This document shows positions 58,149 to 64,000 of a stretch of 64,000 nucleotides of DNA, one piece after another. The stretch comes from a virus. The position numbers were made by a program, and so were the translations under genes. Each line of letters opens with the position of its first letter. Within the stretch, counting starts at the first letter, position 1. The stretch covers positions 32,001 to 96,000 of IMG/VR virus record IMGVR_UViG_3300031603_000001. One strand, given 5' to 3'. The notes below the pieces were generated by a model. It was not told the origin of the DNA, did not search any database, and saw nothing but the letters and a program-made list of their open reading frames with translations.

Positions 58149-58361
58149 CTATCCGCCTACTACTTGGGCGATCAATTCGATAAATGGTTCAGCATCTATC
58201 ATAGGCTGAGTCAACGACTCAGGAAGTACACGTTTGCCGTCCAGGATAATCCAGGCTTCATGCTTAATAGCATCGGCTTTGATGGCTTCAATAGCCTCTA
58301 TAGAAGGAACATTATGCGCCTTTACAGATTGGTTCACGAAATATTCAGTAAGACCTGTCAT
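58149..58361 (-). CDS. Ubiquitin-like (beta-grasp) protein ending in Gly-Gly
   Basis: 70 aa; beta-beta-alpha-beta(WIILDG)-beta pattern; ends IELIAQVVGG-stop; abuts ThiF with a 0-nt gap; GGAG RBS. Confidence 0.75.
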   Translation of the reverse strand: MTGLTEYFVNQSVKAHNVPSIEAIEAIKADAIKHEAWIILDGKRVLPESLTQPMIDAEPFIELIAQVVGG

Positions 58362-58452
58362 ATTTTCTCCAATATAAACATTAATAGTGACAATGCAAAG
58401 TATTATTTACACTAATGTACACAGTGTGAAGTATTCTTTACGTTAATCAATT
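58362..58452 (-). promoter_or_regulatory. AT-rich intergenic region with imperfect palindrome (possible promoter/operator of Ubl-E1)
   Basis: TTTACACT-N9-AGTGTGAA at 58406-58430; TTGCAT-N16-TATATT on the minus strand. Confidence 0.35.
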
Positions 58453-61005
58453 CTACAGGGTATCGATGTCAGTCGACAGCCGCATATCATTTGCCAGAAC
58501 ATACAATCTGGAGACCAGTTTCTGTTCAGGATAAATGTATTCAGCTTTATCAACCATACATATATACTCACCTGTTTTGTACCGAAAGACACTAGCATAG
58601 CTGTTTGATTCAGTACTCAATAGGTAGTCATCCAGACCGCCTTTGATTCTGTATCCGTTAATCGCGGATTGATTTAATGGTGTACACACTGCAGGTACAG
58701 CAGAGGTTAGCTTAACAGCACGAACAATAGAGCTTGCCAGAATAATCTTAGTGGCACGATATCTTTCAGCAGCTTCTTGATACAGCATATTATGCAGTCC
58801 CATCATCCGATCTTGAAATCGAAGGGCACGTGCAGCTAACTTAGCTTTACTAGGCTTACGACGTAGTGCAATAATCTTGCCGTCGGATCCCCTATTAGCT
58901 TTGTGTGTCTTACGTTTCTTAGGACGACACACTCTGTCCATTAGAGTGGAAAGCGCTAGAGGCCCAAGTCCTCTGTCCTGCTTCTTAGTAAACCAGGACG
59001 CACCCCCGCAGTGGAACGTACCGTACTTACTCTCTAGTTGAATAGACTTTCCGTCCTTAGTAGGTTCAAATTCAAATAGAATTCCACCATCCATACCAAC
59101 GTTCTGAAACTGTAACCCACGGGCTACAATGTTACGAAACGCTACAGACATCTTCGATACCTGAGAGAGGTACTCATCGAAATCTGATTGTGTATTACAC
59201 ATGAAAGCATAACGAACAACTTCTTTGAAGTCATCGTTTCTTATCTTCACACCATTAACTATAAGAGGACTGCCAATTTGATAGGTAGTGAAGCGTAACT
59301 TCACATCCCCAAGTTGTACCATCATTGCATGTATCTGATGCAGGCTGCTTTCTTTCCAACCAGCCATGGTTACCGCTTTAGGACCTTCTATTGGATATCT
59401 ATCCAAACGATGCCCACTGTACTCTTTGTATACAGTGGGAAGATGTGCCTCAACTGATGACATTACCAAGTCATAAGTTAACTTAGATATCTCAGCGCCG
59501 GAGGCGGAGTAACCAAGCACGGAACATGCGCCCATAGGTACGTTAACGATAGCAATATCATCAGAATCTTTCGAAGCCGCACCCTGACGGATAGAAATGA
59601 TAGTACCTGAGACTTCCTGTCCTTGGTACATCACACGGTTCTCTTCGTAGATCATATCATTATAGGCTAGTCTATTGTGACCATTGATACGGTCATCATA
59701 AACAGCTTTAAGACTTTTCGTAGATAATCCATGAACTCCAGAGCCACTCGCCATTTGGGCAAGACGTTGACTAGAACGTTGATTTAATACAATCAACTCA
59801 ACAGCAACATCTTTAGGCATGAAACCTGACATAGAAGAGTCAGCACTAATCATGGTTTTACCAGGCACCTCGTAAATATCTTTATCGACACTCCAATTAT
59901 AGATTGCCTTTACATTTCTACGGTTGGTACTTAAGCGGCGCGCAGTATCTCGGAGATCTTTCTGAGCCCAGTTCAATCCAGAACTTAACTCATGACCTGC
60001 CAAGGAACTTAATATCACAGTCCACTTATCGGAACTTGTATCCAAGTATGAATACATCAACTGATCAGGATCCAGAGCATTGTATAGCGCAGCCTGTGAG
60101 GAATGTACAACTAGGTACTGTTCCATACTCCCATTGATATCGTAACATCTAGTTATCCTAAGGTTGTTATCCATCGGATGTACTTTAATCTTACACTTAT
60201 GACGGTAGCTTACTATAGTAGACATCTCTCCGGTATCACCGTAGAATGCTACATTACAATTGTCCAGCTTACCAGTAGTAGTAGCGCCTCGTCTCCAGAA
60301 ATGGAAAGGCTCAACCTTACTGACAAGACGATTAACCATCTTCTCATTAGAGGTTTGTCCATCAGCATGCTGCAGCTGTACACTACCTGTTGCATCCACA
60401 TCAACGTGCACTCCTTTAACAGTGCCCAGGGTTGTTTGCAGGGTTTTAGTAGACGCTAAAGCTTCTTCAGTCTTAGCAATCCCCTTGTCGTAATCAAACT
60501 CCACCGGTACAACCAGGTGGCCATTTGGGAAATACAAACAAGGGCCTACTTTGCCTAACGTGTATGCCAGTTGCTTAAGAGCAGCCTGTTGATAGATATC
60601 ACTCCACTTAAGGATAACACCTCTTTGCATGATAGGTATAGTGAGAGCATCAGCGTTGCTGTAGCTTCTCCCAGGGTTCCTTAGAACAATCAATTCAAAC
60701 TGAAGTTGTTCTAGCTGCTTAGGATCAATGGTACCGTCGATGATTGCATCTAGATCCGCAGCGGACTTAATAAAAGGATTCTCTGAAGCAGAGACATCGA
60801 TGAATCGCAAGCCAGCTACGATCGAAGAGTTGTCTGGATTTAACAGCTTAGATATCAGCAGTATCTCGAGGGCTTTGTAGTACTCCTCGCTCTCTTCGAT
60901 GGATGTTGTGTAGTTCTGTAAGAACATAGCAATGCCAGGCATCTGCGCTAAGTGGGGTCCATCACCAACGCGCAGTGCCTCCCAATAATGTCTATTCAGT
61001 TTCAT
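58453..61005 (-). CDS. Large hypothetical protein upstream of the Ubl-E1 pair
   Basis: 850 aa, coupled to primase; C-terminal GEYICMVD...SRLYVLAND...IDTL. Confidence 0.75.
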   Translation of the reverse strand: MKLNRHYWEALRVGDGPHLAQMPGIAMFLQNYTTSIEESEEYYKALEILLISKLLNPDNSSIVAGLRFIDVSASENPFIKSAADLDAIIDGTIDPKQLEQLQFELIVLRNPGRSYSNADALTIPIMQRGVILKWSDIYQQAALKQLAYTLGKVGPCLYFPNGHLVVPVEFDYDKGIAKTEEALASTKTLQTTLGTVKGVHVDVDATGSVQLQHADGQTSNEKMVNRLVSKVEPFHFWRRGATTTGKLDNCNVAFYGDTGEMSTIVSYRHKCKIKVHPMDNNLRITRCYDINGSMEQYLVVHSSQAALYNALDPDQLMYSYLDTSSDKWTVILSSLAGHELSSGLNWAQKDLRDTARRLSTNRRNVKAIYNWSVDKDIYEVPGKTMISADSSMSGFMPKDVAVELIVLNQRSSQRLAQMASGSGVHGLSTKSLKAVYDDRINGHNRLAYNDMIYEENRVMYQGQEVSGTIISIRQGAASKDSDDIAIVNVPMGACSVLGYSASGAEISKLTYDLVMSSVEAHLPTVYKEYSGHRLDRYPIEGPKAVTMAGWKESSLHQIHAMMVQLGDVKLRFTTYQIGSPLIVNGVKIRNDDFKEVVRYAFMCNTQSDFDEYLSQVSKMSVAFRNIVARGLQFQNVGMDGGILFEFEPTKDGKSIQLESKYGTFHCGGASWFTKKQDRGLGPLALSTLMDRVCRPKKRKTHKANRGSDGKIIALRRKPSKAKLAARALRFQDRMMGLHNMLYQEAAERYRATKIILASSIVRAVKLTSAVPAVCTPLNQSAINGYRIKGGLDDYLLSTESNSYASVFRYKTGEYICMVDKAEYIYPEQKLVSRLYVLANDMRLSTDIDTL

Positions 61006-62275
61006 GAACGTTCACCGTGATACCCAGCTTTAAAGTGTTAGGGTCTGCTTCACTTATGGTTTGGAGTAGCACCTGTAGGCGCCATCTCTGGTATAATTGT
61101 TCTTCTTTCTCTACAGCAGCTTCGACCTCCTCAATAGAGATCTCTGTCATGTAAGAAAGTGCGGCAATATAACGAGGCCTCAGCAGAGGACTAGCCTTAG
61201 CAATTAACCTGCAGGCTTCCACCATCTGTTGTCTATTACGATACGCCCCATTAATTAACTCCCATCCAAATAGATCCCACTCTTCAAGGTTAAGGAATGC
61301 TTCCATACCTTTCTTTTTAATGTAATCATCTGGGTCTGACTCCTTAGGAATCAATATGGCAGTAGCATTAGGGAGCAATGCCAACAGCTTGGTAGCCTTA
61401 GTAACACCACCCTTGTCACCGTCAAATGCGATGACAACTTTAGGAAAAGCTTTTAGTACCTCAACTTGCCCATCAGTTACATTATTTGATAGTACTCCTA
61501 TCGTATTAGGTAACTTGTTTGTGCAAGCGGTGATAACATCTGTTTGACCTTCCATCATGTATAACACTTCGTAATGCTTAGCGCGTGACATGTTATAGAA
61601 CGTACGACCTTTATTAAACACCTCATTGTTAGGACTATTAATGTACTTAGATAAGTCTTCGCCTTTAGATTTCTCTGAGACCCGACCACTGAATGCAATG
61701 GGTACACCATTGTAATCACGCAGTGTGAACATCATTCGTTCATTACCGTACAACTCTTTGTTACGTAAGCCTGCTTTCCACACCGCCTGCTTACCGTACT
61801 GGGTCTCCGCAGCCTTAAGCAAGGCCTCGTACCCTATAATCCAACCAATTCCGTACCGCTTAGCTACTTTAGGTGTGTAACCTCTCTTAGCTAAGAGATC
61901 CTCATATCCTTCTGAACTTAAGTTCTGAGAGATGAGACGGTATACACCTTTGATCTGCTGGGATACTGATAGTTGCCTTCCTTTAGGGGGACTGTATGGA
62001 ATACCATATCGATCCGCTAAGGTCTGCACTGTTGTCTCCATGAAGCCTGGGCCACCTGGCTCAGGTAATCCTTCGAGGAACGCGGCCAGATGGAAGATAT
62101 TACCACCCATGCCGCAGCCGAAGCAGTGCCAAATAGGCCCACTCACGTGGAAGGACGGACCAGTGTCGTCATGTATTGGGCAACGGCCCAATGAAGAACT
62201 GTTAAGAGCGATACCCATTTCCCGTAGGTAATCAGGTAACTTCTCACCAAGTGCTTTAATCACATCAACAGCCAT
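60992..62275 (-). CDS. dnaG: DNA primase DnaG
   Basis: CHC2 finger CPIHDD...WHCFGC, KYINSP, Toprim MEGQTDV and AFDGD. Confidence 0.92.
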   Translation of the reverse strand: MAVDVIKALGEKLPDYLREMGIALNSSSLGRCPIHDDTGPSFHVSGPIWHCFGCGMGGNIFHLAAFLEGLPEPGGPGFMETTVQTLADRYGIPYSPPKGRQLSVSQQIKGVYRLISQNLSSEGYEDLLAKRGYTPKVAKRYGIGWIIGYEALLKAAETQYGKQAVWKAGLRNKELYGNERMMFTLRDYNGVPIAFSGRVSEKSKGEDLSKYINSPNNEVFNKGRTFYNMSRAKHYEVLYMMEGQTDVITACTNKLPNTIGVLSNNVTDGQVEVLKAFPKVVIAFDGDKGGVTKATKLLALLPNATAILIPKESDPDDYIKKKGMEAFLNLEEWDLFGWELINGAYRNRQQMVEACRLIAKASPLLRPRYIAALSYMTEISIEEVEAAVEKEEQLYQRWRLQVLLQTISEADPNTLKLGITVNVHETE

Positions 62276-62286
62276 TCAAATTGTCC

Positions 62287-63057
62287 TTATGTAAGTTTAT
62301 TGATTACACGAGAGGAGAGTTCATTCTCTACTGGACTCTGTAAACAAAGGATCACTTCTTCTAGCTCATATTTTGAGAGTGATGCTTTTAATTGAAGAAT
62401 CTCTAGGGTCATCTGAATGATTTCCCCATCAGGTCCTTCTGCACCTTCGCCAGTGCCATCGGTAGGTGTACCAACAGCTTTGAACTGATCAATATACTCA
62501 GTAGGGTGACACCATACATCCATATACAACCAGGACTTCTTAATGAACTCCTCTGTGTGTGGGATCTTCGCTACTAAGACAGGTAACGACTCTTCGAAAT
62601 CCATAGGCCTACCTGCTTCTGCAGTCAAGTCATTCATGATCTTATGAATCTTGAATACTACCTGCTGCATCAGTGGTGTACCTTGAGGTATGAGTTGATC
62701 ATACTTCTGTAGATAACGAAAGAGCGTCGTCTTGATCTCTCGGGTATAATATGTTGTTAACCTATACCCAGAGTCTAATTTATAATCCTCAAGCTTCTCT
62801 ATGAATCTTAGTACAGCTACCTGTAAGAGATCTAAATGAGAAAGACCGTGATACTTATTGTCATTGGGGTAAACTCCACGGACAAGCTTAGCCAGGTACA
62901 CCATGTGGTATTGAGTCAGCTCCTTAAGAGCTGTTCTCTTCTCCGCATCGGTACCCGTTAGAAATGCAGTCATGCATTCCAGCTCGTGGCCAGCTTCCAT
63001 ACGTTGCTTACCTGCTGAAAGTTTATGTAAAACCTTCGTGAATTCACCAGGGGTCAT
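62287..63057 (-). CDS. Sigma-70-family RNA polymerase sigma factor
   Basis: Region 2 DLLQVAVLRFIEKLEDYKLDSGYRLTTYYTREIK, followed by a region-3-like segment. Confidence 0.75.
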   Translation of the reverse strand: MTPGEFTKVLHKLSAGKQRMEAGHELECMTAFLTGTDAEKRTALKELTQYHMVYLAKLVRGVYPNDNKYHGLSHLDLLQVAVLRFIEKLEDYKLDSGYRLTTYYTREIKTTLFRYLQKYDQLIPQGTPLMQQVVFKIHKIMNDLTAEAGRPMDFEESLPVLVAKIPHTEEFIKKSWLYMDVWCHPTEYIDQFKAVGTPTDGTGEGAEGPDGEIIQMTLEILQLKASLSKYELEEVILCLQSPVENELSSRVINKLT

Positions 63058-63998
63058 GCAGCTTTCTCCAACTTAATAGTGTGAACCTTCTCTCCCTTAG
63101 AAAGGGTCTTCACACGCAGCTCAGGCTCCGCTGTTAGCCTTACTGGCACAACACCAGGGGCAACAACATTCATGTAGTCATACATGGCTTGTGCCATCTC
63201 ACGTTCATCAACGAGTCTGTATTCTAATACAACCTCGTCGTGAATTAGATTAGTAATGTACACATCTCTGCCATCAAAGTGTCTAGACAACTGTCCCATC
63301 ACCTTCTTGGCAACGTTAGCGCCGGGCCCTTGGATCAGGAAGTTCAGAGCTGATAAGGTGTTATCCACAAAAGGAGTGTGTCTTACACGTCCATAAATGT
63401 TAACTAACTTACGTTTAACCTTAAGCTCTCTCTTCTTATCATCAAGGAATGCTTTAACACCAGGAAACAACTCGTACCAAGCAGCGATGTCCCCCTCTGC
63501 ATCTTCAAAGGTCTTGTCAACCAGACCCATGTTACGATACGTCGTGTACAATCCTGCCGGCCCTGAGCCGTACATGATACCGAAGTTAACCGGTTTAGCA
63601 TTCTTACGTTTCTTTTTAGCAGCAATTTTAATCAATGGATCTTTCGAATGCATATCAATAAAGATTTGCTGAGGAGTAGTATCGTTAATTTTAGCTGCGG
63701 TCACTGTATGGAGGTCTCCCTCTGGATCCGGGCCAAACTTAGCGTCTTCCTTCTTACAAGTAGGACAAGCATTGACGCCTGTCTTCCTGTATTTAATAGG
63801 AGCCGTAGCACAGCACGTGCTTACGATACGAGATTGATCATCACGAATCTGTACCAAACGCGTCAAGACAGGACAGCCTGAGGCTGCTGCCATTAGCGAT
63901 ACTTCTTGAGCATCCCAATCCGCTTTGGCAAAGTAGTACCCAGCATGTGGTGTATACATACGACGAGCGTCGTACATATGGATCTTAGTGACCTCAGT
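63054..63998 (-). CDS. polA: Family A DNA polymerase, C-terminal part (5'-truncated by the window)
   Basis: Motif A ADWDAQE, DLHTVTA, motif B RKNAKPVNFGIMYG, motif C IHDEV. The frame is open to the window edge. Confidence 0.92.
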   Translation of the reverse strand, partial: TEVTKIHMYDARRMYTPHAGYYFAKADWDAQEVSLMAAASGCPVLTRLVQIRDDQSRIVSTCCATAPIKYRKTGVNACPTCKKEDAKFGPDPEGDLHTVTAAKINDTTPQQIFIDMHSKDPLIKIAAKKKRKNAKPVNFGIMYGSGPAGLYTTYRNMGLVDKTFEDAEGDIAAWYELFPGVKAFLDDKKRELKVKRKLVNIYGRVRHTPFVDNTLSALNFLIQGPGANVAKKVMGQLSRHFDGRDVYITNLIHDEVVLEYRLVDEREMAQAMYDYMNVVAPGVVPVRLTAEPELRVKTLSKGEKVHTIKLEKAA

Positions 63999-64000
63999 GC

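Noticed and set aside
1-64000. Stop-codon reassignment, introns or inteins
   Set aside because: Genes tile the window completely in the standard code. RNR, RecD2, primase and the visible polymerase are uninterrupted and show no intein motifs.

Overview
This window looks like part of a large, gene-dense, lytic contractile-tailed phage genome read in the standard genetic code. I found no tRNA, rRNA, integrase or cas operon. It has two convergent arms. The + arm (1-36766) is a virion module. It begins with a 5'-truncated giant protein carrying two-barrel RNA polymerase-like motifs (GDRx7K, RxP, DQDGD). Next come a lysozyme-motif protein, baseplate hub, spike, gp25-like and baseplate-J proteins, then about 21 kb of tail/receptor-binding proteins and a small endonuclease. 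The - arm (36945-64000) carries many small hypothetical genes followed by a replication/metabolism block: Cas4-like nuclease, HExxH-VWA plus MoxR AAA pair, DnaX-like clamp loader, RecD2, class II RNR, Sak/Rad52, dNMP kinase, DnaG, sigma-70 and a 5'-truncated family A DNA polymerase. The strongest novelty candidates are: (1) a phage-encoded ubiquitin-like module (70-aa VVGG-terminated Ubl, minimal ThiF/E1, and an 850-aa upstream partner); (2) the putative virion RNA polymerase; (3) an 82-nt four-way-junction RNA followed by a terminator; (4) a C-terminal K-x-x-D-F-L-[VI] motif shared by four unrelated neighbouring small proteins; (5) a terminator/24-bp-repeat module at the junction of the arms. 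All family assignments come from reading motifs by eye; no database searches were run.
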